DNA of 64,000 nucleotides from Nemertoderma westbladi (Eukaryota > Animalia > Xenacoelomorpha). Shown piece after piece: positions 11,861 through 26,800 of this stretch. The stretch covers positions 62,001 through 126,000 of the forward strand of contig JAUCBJ010001286.1 of assembly GCA_032718475.1 (NCBI GenBank), given 5' to 3'. How positions within the stretch are numbered: the first letter of the stretch is position 1; every line of letters begins with the position of its first letter. Both the position numbers and the translations under genes were made by a program. The notes below the pieces were generated by a model. The model made no database searches and was not told the origin of the DNA. It worked only from the letters and a program-made list of their open reading frames with translations.

Positions 11861-14800
11861 CAGTTCCGTATGCATCTCTACACTTGTTCTACCTCCATTT
11901 CTACACTAGTTCTGTATGCACATCTACACTTGTTCTGTATCTATTTCTACACTAGTTCCGTATGCGTCTGTACTAGTTCTGTATATACACGTCTACACTA
12001 GTTCCGTATGCACCTCTACACTTGTTCTGTATCCATTTCTACACTAGTTCCGTATGCGTCTGTACTAGTTCTGTATATACACGTCTACACTAGTTCCGTA
12101 TGCACCTCTACACTTGTTCTGTATCCATTTCTATACTAGTTCCGTATGCGTCTGTACTAGTTCTGTATCCATTTCTACACTAGTTCCGTATGCACCTCTA
12201 CACTTGTTCTGTATCCATTTCTACACTAGTTCCGTATGCACCTCTACACTTGTTCTGTATCCATTTCTATACTAGTTCCGTATGCGTCTGTACTAGTTCT
12301 GTATACACGTCTACACTAGTTCCGTATGCACCTCTACACTTGTTCTGTATCCATTTCTATACTAGTTCCGTATGCACCTCTACACTTGTTCTGTATCCAT
12401 TTCTATACTAGTTCCGTATGCGTCTGTACTAGTTCTGTATATACACGTCTACACTAGTTCCGAATGCACCTCTACACTTGTTCTGTATCCATTTCTATAC
12501 TAGTTCCGTATGCGTCTGTACTAGTTCTGTATACACGTCTACACTAGTTCCGTATGCACCTCTACACTAGTTCTGTATACACGTCTACACTAGTTCCGTA
12601 TGCGTCTGTACTAGTTCTGTATACACGTCTACACTAGTTCCGTATGCACCTCTACACTTGTTCTGTATCCATTTCTATACTAGTTCCGTATGCGTCTGTA
12701 CTAGTTCTGTATACACGTCTACACTAGTTCCGTATGCACCTCTACACTAGTTCTGTATACACGTCTACACTAGTTCCGTATGCACCTCTACACTTGTTCT
12801 GTATCAATTTCTACACTAGTTCCGTATGCGTCTGTACTAGTTCTGTATACACGTCTACACTAGTTCCGTATGCACCTCTACACTTGTTCTGTATCCATTT
12901 CTACACTAGTTCCGTATGCGTCTGTACTAGTTCTGTATACACGTCTACACTAGTTCCGTATGCACCTCTACACTTGTTCTGTATCCATTTCTACACTAGT
13001 TCCGTATGCACCTCTACACCAGTTCCGTATGCGTCTGTACTAGTTCTGTATACACGTCTACACTAGTTCCGTATGCACCTCTACACTAGTTCTGTATACA
13101 CGTCTACACTAGTTCCGTATGCACCTCTACACTTGTTCTGTATCAATTTCTACACTAGTTCCGTATGCGTCTGTACTAGTTCTGTATACACGTCTACACT
13201 AGTTCCGTATGCACCTCTACACTAGTTCTGTATACACGTCTACACTAGTTCCGTATGCACCTCTACACTTGTTCTGTATCAATTTCTACACTAGTTCCGT
13301 ATGCGTCTGTACTAGTTCTGTATACACGTCTACACTAGTTCCGTATGCACCTCTACACTTGTTCTGTATCCATTTCTATACTAGTTCCGTATGCACCTCT
13401 ACACTTGTTCTGTATCCATTTCTATACTAGTTCCGTATGCACCTCTACACTTGTTCTGTATCCATTTCTATACTAGTTCCGTATGCGTCTGTACTAGTTC
13501 TGTATACACGTCTACACTAGTTCCGTATGCGTCTGTACTAGTTCTGTATACACGTCTACACTAGTTCCGTATGCACCTCTACACTTGTTCTGTATCAATT
13601 TCTATACTAGTTCCGTATGCGTCTGTACTAGTTCTGTATACACGTCTACACTAGTTCCGTATGCACCTCTACACTAGTTCTGTATACACGTCTACACTAG
13701 TTCCGTATGCACCTCTACACTTGTTCTGTATCAATTTCTACACTAGTTCCGTATGCGTCTGTCCTAGTTCTGTATACACGTCTACACTAGTTCCGTATGC
13801 ACCTCTACACTTGTTCTGTATCCATTTCTATACTAGTTCCGTATGCACCTCTACACTTGTTCTGTATCCATTTCTATACTAGTTCAATGTGCACCTCTAC
13901 ACTTGTTCTGTATCCATTTCTACACTAGTTCCGTATGCGTCTGTACTAGTTCTGTATACACGTCTACACTAGTTCCGTATGCACCTCTACACTTGTTCTG
14001 TATCCATTTCTATACTAGTTCCGTATGCGTCTGTACTAGTTCTGTATACACGTCTACACTAGTTCCGTATGCACCTCTACACTTGTTCTGTATCCAATTC
14101 TACACTAGTTCCGTATGCACCTCTACACTTGTTCTGTATCCATTTCTATACTAGTTCCGTATGCACCTCTACACTTGTTCTGTATCTATTTCTACACTAG
14201 TTCCGTATGCGTCCGTACTAGTTCTGTATACACGTCTATACTAGTTCCGTATGCGTCTGTACTAGTTCTGTATCCATTTCTATACTAGTTCCGTATGCAC
14301 CTCTACACTTGTTCTGTATCCATTTCTACACTAGTTCCGTATGCGTCTGTACTAGTTCTGTATATACACGTCTACACTAGTTCCGTATGCACCTCTACAC
14401 TTGTTCTGTATCCATTTCTATACTAGTTCCGTATGAACCTCTACACTTGTTCTGTATCCATTTCTATACTAGTTCCGTATGCGTCTGTACTAGTTCTGTA
14501 TATACACGTCTACACTAGTTCCGTATGCACCTCTACACTTGTTCTGTATCCATTTCTATACTAGTTCCGTATGCGTCTGTACTTGTTCTGTATACACGTC
14601 TACACTAGTTCCGTATGCACCTCTACACTTGTTCTGTATCCATTTCTATACTAGTTCCGTATGCGTCTGTACTAGTTCTGTATACACGTCTACACTAGTT
14701 CCGTATGAACCTCTACACTTGTTCTGTATCCATTTCTATACTAGTTCCGTATGCACCTCTACACTTGTTCTGTATCCATTTCTATACTAGTTCCGTATGC

Positions 14801-17800
14801 GTCTGTACTAGTTCTGTATATACACGTCTACACTAGTTCCGTATGCACCTCTACACTTGTTCTGTATCCATTTCTATACTAGTTCCGTATGCGTCTGTAC
14901 TAGTTCTGTATACACGTCTACACTAGTTCCGTATGCACCTCTACACTTGTTCTGTATCCATTTCTATACTAGTTCCGTATGCGTCTGTACTAGTTCTGTA
15001 TATACACGTCTACACTAGTTCCGTATGCACCTCTACACTTGTTCTGTATCCAATTCTACACTAGTTCCGTATGTACCTCTACACTTGTTCTGTATCCATT
15101 TCTATACTAGTTCCGTATGCGTCTGTACTAGTTCTGTATACACGTCTACACTAGTTCCGTATGCGTCTGTACCTGTTCTGTATACACGTCTACACTAGTT
15201 CCGTATGCACCTCTACACTTGTTCTGTATCCATTTCTATACTAGTTCCGTATGCGTCTGTACTAGTTCTGTATACACGTCTACACTAGTTCCGTATGCAC
15301 CTCTACACTTGTTCTGTATCCAATTCTACACTAGTTCCGTATGCACCTCTACACTTGTTCTGTATCCATTTCTATACTAGTTCCGTATGCGTCTGTACTT
15401 GTTCTGTATACACGTCTACACTAGTTCCGTATGCACCTCTACACTTGTTCTGTATCCATTTCTATACTAGTTCCGTATGCGTCTGTACTAGTTCTGTATA
15501 CACGTCTACACTAGTTCCGTATGTACCTCTACACTTGTTCTGTATCCATTTCTATACTAGTTCCGTATGTACCTCTACACTTGTTCTGTATCCATTTCTA
15601 TACTAGTTCCGTATGCGTCTGTACTAGTTCTGTATACACGTCTACACTAGTTCCGTATGCACCTCTACACTTGTTCTGTATCCATTTCTATACTAGTTCC
15701 GTATGCGTCTGTACTAGTTCTGTATACACGTCTACACTAGTTCCGTATGCACCTCTACACTTGTTCTGTATCCAATTCTACACTAGTTCCGTATGCGTCT
15801 GTACTAGTTCTGTATACACGTCTACACTAGTTCCGTATGCGTCTGTACTAGTTCTGTATACACGTCTACACTAGTTCCCTATGCACCTCTACACTTGTTC
15901 TGTATCCATTTCTACACTAGTTCCGTATGCGTCTGTACTTGTTCTGTATACACTTCTACACTAGTTCCTTGCGTTTACACTAGTTCCGAATGCACCTCTA
16001 CACTTGTTCTGTATTAATTTCTACACTAGTTCCGTATGCGTCTGTACTAGTTCTGTATATACACGTCTACACTAGTTCCGTATGCACCTCTACACTTGTT
16101 CTGTATCCATTTCTATACTAGTTCCGTATGCACCTCTACACTTGTTCTGTATCCATTTCTACACTAGTTCCGTATGCACCTCTACACTTGTTCTGTATCC
16201 ATTTCTACACTAGTTCCGTATGCGTCTGTACTTGTTCTGTATACACTTCTACACTAGTTCCTTGCGTTTACACTAGTTCCGAATGCACCTCTACACTTGT
16301 TCTGTATCCATTTCTACACTAGTTCCGTATGCGTCTGTACTAGTTCTGTATATACACGTCTACACTAGTTCCGTATGCACCTCTACACTTGTTCTGTATC
16401 TATTTCTACACTAGTTCCGTATGCGTCTGTACTAGTTCTGTATATACACGTCTACACTAGTTCCGTATGCACCTCTACACTTGTTCTGTATCCATTTCTA
16501 TACTAGTTCCGTATGCGTCTGTACTTGTTCTGTATACACGTCTACACTAGTTCCGTATGCACCTCTACACTTGTTCTGTATCCATTTCTATACTAGTTCC
16601 GTATGCGTCTGTACTAGTTCTGTATACACGTCTACACTAGTTCCGTATGCACCTCTACACTTGTTCTGTATCCATTTCTATACTAGTTCCGTATGCGTCT
16701 GTACTAGTTCTGTATACACGTCTACACTAGTTCCGTATGCACCTCTACACTTGTTCTGTATCCATTTCTATACTAGTTCCGTATGCGTCTGTACTAGTTC
16801 TGTATACACGTCTACACTAGTTCCGTATGCACCTCTACACTTGTTCTGTATCCAATTCTACACTAGTTCCGTATGCGTCTGTACTAGTTCTGTATACACG
16901 TCTACACTAGTTCCGTATGCGTCTGTACTAGTTCTGTATACACGTCTACACTAGTTCCGTATGCACCTCTACACTTGTTCTGTATCCATTTCTACACTAG
17001 TTCCGTATGCGTCTGTACTTGTTCTGTATACACTTCTACACTAGTTCCTTGCGTTTACACTAGTTCCGAATGCACCTCTACACTTGTTCTGTATCCATTT
17101 CTACACTAGTTCCGTATGCGTCTGTACTAGTTCTGTATATACACGTCTACACTAGTTCCGTATGCACCTCTACACTTGTTCTGTATCCATTTCTACACTA
17201 GTTCCGTATGCACCTCTACACTTGTTCTGTATCCATTTCTATACTAGTTCCGTATGCGTCCGTACTAGTTCTGTATACACGTCTACACTAGTTCCGAATG
17301 CACCTCTACACTTGTTCTGTATCCATTTCTATACTAGTTCCGTATGCGTCTGTACTAGTTCTGTATATACACGTCTACACTAGTTCCGTATGCACCTCTA
17401 CACTTGTTCTGTATCCATTTCTACACTAGTTCCGTATGCACCTCTACACTTGTTCTGTATCCATTTCTATACTAGTTCCGTATGCGTCTGTACTAGTTCT
17501 GTATACACGTCTACACTAGTTCCGTATGCACCTCTACACTTGTTCTGTATCCATTTCTACACTAGTTCCGTATGCACCTCTACACTTGTTCTGTATCCAT
17601 TTCTATACTAGTTCCGTATGCGTCCGTACTAGTTCTGTATACACGTCTACACTAGTTCCGAATGCACCTCTACACTTGTTCTGTATCCATTTCTATACTA
17701 GTTCCGTATGCGTCTGTACTAGTTCTGTATATACACGTCTACACTAGTTCCGTATGCACCTCTACACTTGTTCTGTATCCATTTCTACACTAGTTCCGTA

Positions 17801-20800
17801 TGCACCTCTACACTTGTTCTGTATCCATTTCTATACTAGTTCCGTATGCGTCTGTACTAGTTCTGTATCCATTTCTACACTAGTTCCGTATGGACCTCTA
17901 CACTTGTTCTGTATCCATTTCTATACTAGTTCCGTATGCGTCTGTACTAGTTCTGTATACACGTCTACACTAGTTCCGTATGCGTCTGTACTAGTTCTGT
18001 ATACACGTCTACACTAGTTCCGTATGCACCTCTACACTTGTTCTGTATCCATTTCTATACTAGTTCCGTATGCGTCTGTACTAGTTCTGTATACACGTCT
18101 ACACTAGTTCCGTATGCACCTCTACACTTGTTCTGTATCCATTTCTATACTAGTTCCGTATGCGTCTGTACTAGTTCTGTATATACACGTCTACACTAGT
18201 TCCGTATGCACCTCTACACTTGTTCTGTATCCATTTCTATACTAGTTCCGTATGCACCTCTACACTTGTTCTGTATCCATTTCTACACTAGTTCCGTATG
18301 CGTCTGTACTAGTTCTGCATATACACGTCTACACTAGTTCCGTATGCACCTCTACACTTGTTCTGTATCCATTTCTATACTAGTTCCGTATGCGTCTGTA
18401 CAAGTTCTGTATATACACGTCTACACTAGTTCCGTATGCACCTCTACACTTGTTCTGTATCCATTTCTATACTAGTTCCGTATGCGTCTGTACTAGTTCT
18501 GTATATACACGTCTACACTAGTTCCGTATGCACCTCTACACTTGTTCTGTATCCATTTCTATACTAGTTCCGTATGCGTCTGTACTAGTTCTGTATATAC
18601 ACGTCTACACTAGTTCCGTATGCACCTCTACACTTGTTCTGTATCCAATTCTACACTAGTTCCGTATGCGTCTGTACTAGTTCTGTATACACGTCTACAC
18701 TAGTTCCGTATGCACCTCTACACTTGTTCTGTATCCATTTCTATACTAGTTCCGTATGCGTCTGTACTAGTTCTGTATACACGTCTACACTAGTTCCGTA
18801 TGCACCTCTACACTTGTTCTGTATCCATTTCTATACTAGTTCCGTATGCGTCTGTACTAGTTCTGTATACACGTCTACACTAGTTCCGTATGCGTCTGTA
18901 CTAGTTCTGTATACACGTCTACACTAGTTCCGTATGCACCTCTACACTTGTTCTGTATCCATTTCTACACTAGTTCCGTATGCGTCTGTACTTGTTCTGT
19001 ATACACTTCTACACTAGTTCCTTGCGTTTACACTAGTTCCGAATGCACCTCTACACTTGTTCTGTATCCATTTCTACACTAGTTCCGTATGCGTCTGTAC
19101 TAGTTCTGTATATACACGTCTACACTAGTTCCGTATGCACCTCTACACTTGTTCTGTATCCATTTCTATACTAGTTCCGTATGCACCTCTACACTTGTTC
19201 TGTATCCATTTCTACACTAGTTCCGTATGCACCTCTACACTTGTTCTGTATCCATTTCTATACTAGTTCCGTATGTACCTCTACACTTGTTCTGTATCCA
19301 TTTCTATACTAGTTCCGTATGCACCTCTACACTTGTTCTGTATCCATTTCTATACTAGTTCCGTATGCGTCTGTACTAGTTCTGTATATACACGTCTACA
19401 CTAGTTCCGTATGCACCTCTACACTTGTTCTGTATCCATTTCTATACTAGTTCCGTATGCGTCTGTACTAGTTCTGTATACACGTCTACACTAGTTCCGT
19501 ATGCACCTCTACACTTGTTCTGTATCCAATTCTACACTAGTTCCGTATGCACCTCTACACTTGTTCTGTATCCATTTCTACACTAGTTCCGTATGCGTCT
19601 GTACTAGTTCTGTATCCATTTCTACACTAGTTCCGTATGCGTCTGTACTAGTTCTGTATATACACGTCTACACTAGTTCCGTATGCACCTCTACACTTGT
19701 TCTGTATCCATTTCTACACTAGTTCCGTATGCGTCTGTACTAGTTCTGTATATACACGTCTACACTAGTTCCGTATGCACCTCTACACTTGTTCTGTATC
19801 CATTTCTACACTAGTTCCGTATGCGTCTGTACTTGTTCTGTATACACGTCTACACTAGTTCCGTATGCACCTCTACACTTGTTCTGTATCCAATTCTACA
19901 CTAGTTCCGTATGCACCTCTACACTTGTTCTGTATCCATTTCTACACTAGTTCCGTATGCGTCTGTACTAGTTCTGTATACACTTCTACACTAGTTCCTT
20001 GCGTTTACACTAGTTCCGAATGCACCTCTACACTTGTTCTGTATCCATTTCTATACTAGTTCCGTATGCGTCTGTACTAGTTCTGTATACACGTCTACAC
20101 TAGTTCTGTATACACGTCTACACTAGTTCCGTATGCGTCTGTACTTGTTCTGTATACACTTCTACACTAGTTCCTTGCGTTTACACTAGTTCCGAATGCA
20201 CCTCTACACTTGTTCTGTATCCATTTCTACACTAGTTCCGTATGCGTCTGTACTAGTTCTGTATATACACGTCTACACTAGTTCCGTATGCACCTCTACA
20301 CTTGTTCTGTATCCATTTCTATACTAGTTCCGTATGCGTCTGTACTAGTTCTGTATACACGTCTACACTAGTTCCGTATGCACCTCTACACTTGTTCTGT
20401 ATCCATTTCTATACTAGTTCCGTATGCGTCTGTACTAGTTCTGTATACACGTCTACACTAGTTCCGTATGCACCTCTACACTTGTTCTGTATCCATTTCT
20501 ATACTAGTTCCGTATGCACCTCTACACTTGTTCTGTATCCATTTCTACACTAGTTCCGTATGCACCTCTACACTTGTTCTGTATCCATTTCTACACTAGT
20601 TCCGTATGCGTCTGTACTAGTTCTGTATATACACGTCTATACTAGTTCCGTATGCGTCTGTACTAGTTCTGTATCCATTTCTACACTAGTTCCGTATGCG
20701 TCTGTACTAGTTCTGTATACACGTCTACACTAGTTCCGTATGCACCTCTACACTTGTTCTGTATCCATTTCTATACTAGTTCCGTATGCGTCTGTACTAG

Positions 20801-23800
20801 TTCTGTATACACGTCTACACTAGTTCCGTATGCACCTCTACACTTGTTCTGTATCCATTTCTATACTAGTTCCGTATGCACCTCTACACTTGTTCTGTGT
20901 CCATTTCTACACTAGTTCCGTATGCACCTCTACACTTGTTCTGTATCCATTTCTATACTAGTTCCGTATGCGTCTGTACTAGTTCTGTATACACGTCTAC
21001 ACTAGTTCCGTATGCACCTCTACACTTGTTCTGTATCCATTTCTATACTAGTTCCGTATGCGTCTGTACTAGTTCTGTATACACGTCTACACTAGTTCCG
21101 TATGCACCTCTACACTTGTTCTGTATCTATTTCTATACTAGTTCCGTATGGACCTCTACACTTGTTCTGTATCCATTTCTACACTAGTTCCGTATGCGTC
21201 TGTACTTGTTCTGTATACACTTCTACACTAGTTCCTTGCGTTTACACTAGTTCCGAATGCACCTCTACACTTGTTCTGTATCCATTTCTACACTAGTTCC
21301 GTATGCGTCTGTACTAGTTCTGTATATACACGTCTACACTAGTTCCGTATGCACCTCTACACTTGTTCTGTATCCATTTCTATACTAGTTCCGTATGCAC
21401 CTCTACACTTGTTCTGTATCCATTTCTATACTAGTTCCGTATGCGTCTGTACTAGTTCTGTATATACACGTCTACACTAGTTCCGTATGCACCTCTACAC
21501 TTGTTCTGTATCCATTTCTACACTAGTTCCGTATGCGTCTGTACTAGTTCTGTATCCATTTCTATACTAGTTCCGTATGCACCTCTAGACTTGTTCTGTA
21601 TCCATTTCTATACTAGTTCCGTATGCACCTCTACACTTGTTCTGTATCCATTTCTATACTAGTTCCGTATGTACCTCTACACTTGTTCTGTATCCATTTC
21701 TATACTAGTTCCGTATGCACCTCTACACTTGTTCTGTATCCATTTCTATACTAGTTCCGTATGCGTCTGTACTAGTTCTGTATATACACGTCTACACTAG
21801 TTCCGTATGCACCTCTACACTTGTTCTGTATCCATCTCTATACTAGTTCCGTATGCGTCTGTACTAGTTCTGTATACACGTCTACACTAGTTCCGTATGC
21901 ACCTCTACACTTGTTCTGTATCCAATTCTACACTAGTTCCGTATGCACCTCTACACTTGTTCTGTATCCATTTCTACACTAGTTCCGTATGCGTCTGTAC
22001 TAGTTCTGTATCCATTTCTACACTAGTTCCGTATGCGTCTGTACTAGTTCTGTATATACACGTCTACACTAGTTCCGTATGCACCTCTACACTTGTTCTG
22101 TATCCATTTCTACACTAGTTCCGTATGCGTCTGTACTAGTTCTGTATATACACGTCTACACTAGTTCCGTATGCACCTCTACACTTGTTCTGTATCCATT
22201 TCTACACTAGTTCCGTATGCGTCTGTACTTGTTCTGTATACACGTCTACACTAGTTCCGTATGCACCTCTACACTTGTTCTGTATCCAATTCTACACTAG
22301 TTCCGTATGCACCTCTACACTTGTTCTGTATCCATTTCTACACTAGTTCCGTATGCGTCTGTACTAGTTCTGTATACACTTCTACACTAGTTCCTTGCGT
22401 TTACACTAGTTCCGAATGCACCTCTACACTTGTTCTGTATCCATTTCTATACTAGTTCCGTATGCGTCTGTACTAGTTCTGTATACACGTCTACACTAGT
22501 TCTGTATACACGTCTACACTAGTTCCGTATGCGTCTGTACTTGTTCTGTATACACTTCTACACTAGTTCCTTGCGTTTACACTAGTTCCGAATGCACCTC
22601 TACACTTGTTCTGTATCCATTTCTACACTAGTTCCGTATGCGTCTGTACTAGTTCTGTATATACACGTCTACACTAGTTCCGTATGCACCTCTACACTTG
22701 TTCTGTATCCATTTCTATACTAGTTCCGTATGCGTCTGTACTAGTTCTGTATACACGTCTACACTAGTTCCGTATGCACCTCTACACTTGTTCTGTATCC
22801 ATTTCTATACTAGTTCCGTATGCGTCTGTACTAGTTCTGTATACACGTCTACACTAGTTCCGTATGCACCTCTACACTTGTTCTGTATCCATTTCTATAC
22901 TAGTTCCGTATGCACCTCTACACTTGTTCTGTATCCATTTCTACACTAGTTCCGTATGCACCTCTACACTTGTTCTGTATCCATTTCTACACTAGTTCCG
23001 TATGCGTCTGTACTAGTTCTGTATATACACGTCTATACTAGTTCCGTATGCGTCTGTACTAGTTCTGTATCCATTTCTACACTAGTTCCGTATGCGTCTG
23101 TACTAGTTCTGTATACACGTCTACACTAGTTCCGTATGCACCTCTACACTAGTTCCGTATGCGTCTGTACTAGTTCTGTATACACGTCTACACTAGTTCC
23201 GTATGCACCTCTACACTTGTTCTGTATCCATTTCTATACTAGTTCCGTATGCGTCTGTACTAGTTCTGTATACACGTCTACACTAGTTCCGTATGCACCT
23301 CTACACTTGTTCTGTATCCATTTCTATTCTAGTTCCGTATGCACCTCTACACTTGTTCTGTATCCATTTCTACACTAGTTCCGTATGCACCTCTACACTT
23401 GTTCTGTATCCATTTCTATACTAGTTCCGTATGCGTCTGTACTAGTTCTGTATACACGTCTACACTAGTTCCGTATGCACCTCTACACTTGTTCTGTATC
23501 CATTTCTATACTAGTTCCGTATGCGTCTGTACTAGTTCTGTATACACGTCTACACTAGTTCCGTATGCACCTCTACACTTGTTCTGTATCTATTTCTATA
23601 CTAGTTCCGTATGAACCTCTACACTTGTTCTGTATCCAATTCTACACTAGTTCCGTATGCACCTCTACACTTGTTCTGTATCTATTTCTGTACTAGTTCC
23701 GTATGCACCTCTACACTTGTTCTGTATCCATTTCTATACTAGTTCCGTATGCGTCTGTACTAGTTCTGTATACACGTCTACACTAGTTCCGTATGCACCT

Positions 23801-26800
23801 CTACACTTGTTCTGTATCCATTTCTATACTAGTTCCGTATGCGTCTGTACTAGTTCTGTATACACGTCTACACTAGTTCCGTATGCACCTCTACACTTGT
23901 TCTGTATCCATTTCTATACTAGTTCCGTATGCGTCTGTACTAGTTCTGTATACACGTCTACACTAGTTCCGTATGCACCTCTACACTTGTTCTGTATCCA
24001 TTTCTATACTAGTTCCGTATGCGTCTGTACTAGTTCTGTATACACGTCTACACTAGTTCCGTATGCACCTCTACACTTGTTCTGTATCCATTTCTATACT
24101 AGTTCCGTATGCACCTCTACACTTGTTCTGTATCCATTTCTATACTAGTTCCGTATGCGTCTGTACTAGTTCTGTATATACACGTCTATACTAGTTCCGT
24201 ATGCGTCTGTACTAGTTCTGTATCCATTTCTACACTAGTTCCGTATGCGTCTGTACTAGTTCTGTATCCATTTCTACACTAGTTCCGTATGCGTCTGTAC
24301 TAGTTCTGTATACACGTCTACACTAGTTCCGTATGCACCTCTACACTTGTTCTGTATCCATTTCTATACTAGTTCCGTATGCGTCTGTACTAGTTCTGTA
24401 TACACGTCTACACTAGTTCCGTATGCACCTCTACACTTGTTCTGTATCCATTTCTATACTAGTTCCGTATGCACCTCTACACTTGTTCTGTATCCATTTC
24501 TACACTAGTTCCGTATGCACCTCTACACTTGTTCTGTATCCATTTCTATACTAGTTCCGTATACGTCTGTACTAGTTCTGTATACACGTCTACACTAGTT
24601 CCGTATGCACCTCTACACTTGTTCTGTATCCATTTCTATACTAGTTCCGTATGCGTCTGTACTAGTTCTGTATACACGTCTACACTAGTTCCGTATGCAC
24701 CTCTACACTTGTTCTGTATCTATTTCTATACTAGTTCCGTATGAACCTCTACACTTGTTCTGTATCCATTTCTATACTAGTTCCGTATGCACCTCTACAC
24801 TTGTTCTGTATCCATTTCTACACTAGTTCCGTATGCACCTCTACACTTGTTCTGTATCCATTTCTATACTAGTTCCGTATGCGTCTGTACTAGTTCTGTA
24901 TACACGTCTACACTAGTTCCGTATGCACCTCTACACTTGTTCTGTATCCATTTCTATACTAGTTCCGTATGCGTCTGTACTAGTTCTGTATACACGTCTA
25001 CACTAGTTCCGTATGCACCTCTACACTTGTTCTGTATCTATTTCTATACTAGTTCCGTATGCACCTCTACACTTGTTCTGTATCCATTTCTATACTAGTT
25101 CCGTATGCACCTCTACACTTGTTCTGTATCCATTTCTACACTAGTTCCGTATGCACCTCTACACTTGTTCTGTATCCATTTCTATACTAGTTCCGTATGC
25201 GTCTGTACTAGTTCTGTATACACGTCTACACTAGTTCCGTATGCACCTCTACACTTGTTCTGTATCTATTTCTATACTAGTTCCGTATGAACCTCTACAC
25301 TTGTTCTGTATCCATTTCTACACTAGTTCCGTATGCACCTCTACACTTGTTCTGTATCTATTTCTATACTAGTTCCGTATGCACCTCTACACTTGTTCTG
25401 TATCCATTTCTATACTAGTTCCGTATGCGTCTGTACTAGTTCTGTATACACGTCTACACTAGTTCCGTATGCACCTCTACACTTGTTCTGTATCTATTTC
25501 TATACTAGTTCCGTATGAACCTCTACACTTGTTTTGTATCCATTTCTACACTAGTTCCGTATGCACCTCTACACTTGTTCTGTATCTATTTCTATACTAG
25601 TTCCGTATGAACCTCTACACTTGTTCTGTATCCAATTCTACACTAGTTCCGTATGCACCTCTACACTTGTTCTGTATCTATTTCTATACTAGTTCCGAAT
25701 GCACCTCTACACTTGTTCTGTATCTATTTATACACTAGTTCCGTATGCGTCCGTACTAGTTCTGTATACACGTCTACACTAGTTCCGTATGCACCTCTAC
25801 ACTTGTTCTGTATCCATTTCTATACTAGTTCCGTATGCGTCTGTACTAGTTCTGTATACACGTCTACACTAGTTCCGTATGCACCTCTACACTTGTTCTG
25901 GTTCCATTTCTATACTAGTTCCGTATGCGTCTGTACTAGTTCTGTATACACGTCTATACTAGTTCCGTATGCACCTCTACACTTGTTCTGTATCCATTTC
26001 TATACTAGTTCCGTATGCACCTCTACACTTGTTCTGTATCCATTTCTATACTAGTTCCGTATGCGTCTGTACTAGTTCTGTATACACGTCTACACTAGTT
26101 CCGTATGCACCTCTACACTTGTTCTGTATCCATTTCTATACTAGTTCCGTATGCGTCTGTACTAGTTCTGTATACACGTCTATACTAGTTCCGTATGCAC
26201 CTCTACACTTGTTCTGTATCCATTTCTATACTAGTTCCGTATGCACCTCTACACTTGTTCTGTATCCATTTCTATACTAGTTCCGTATGCGTCTGTACTA
26301 GTTCTGTATACACGTCTACACTAGTTCCGTATGCACCTCTACACTTGTTCTGTATCCAATTCTACACTAGTTCCGTATGCGTCTGTACTAGTTCTGTATA
26401 CACGTCTACACTAGTTCCGTATGCACCTCTACACTTGTTCTGTATCCATTTCTATACTAGTTCCGTATGCGTCTGTACTAGTTCTGTATACACGTCTACA
26501 CTAGTTCCGTATGCACCTCTACACTTGTTCTGTATACATTTCTACACTAGTTCCGTATGCACCTCTACACTTGCTCTGTATCCATTTCTATACTAGTTCC
26601 GTATGCACCTCTACACTTGCTCTGTATCCATTTCTATACTAGTTCCGTATGCACCTCTACACTTGTTCTGTATCCATTTCTACACTAGTTCCGTATGCGT
26701 CTGTACTAGTTCTGTATACACGTCTACACTAGTTCCGTATGCACCTCTACACTTGTTCTGTATCCATTTCTATACTAGTTCCGTATGCGTCTGTACTAGT

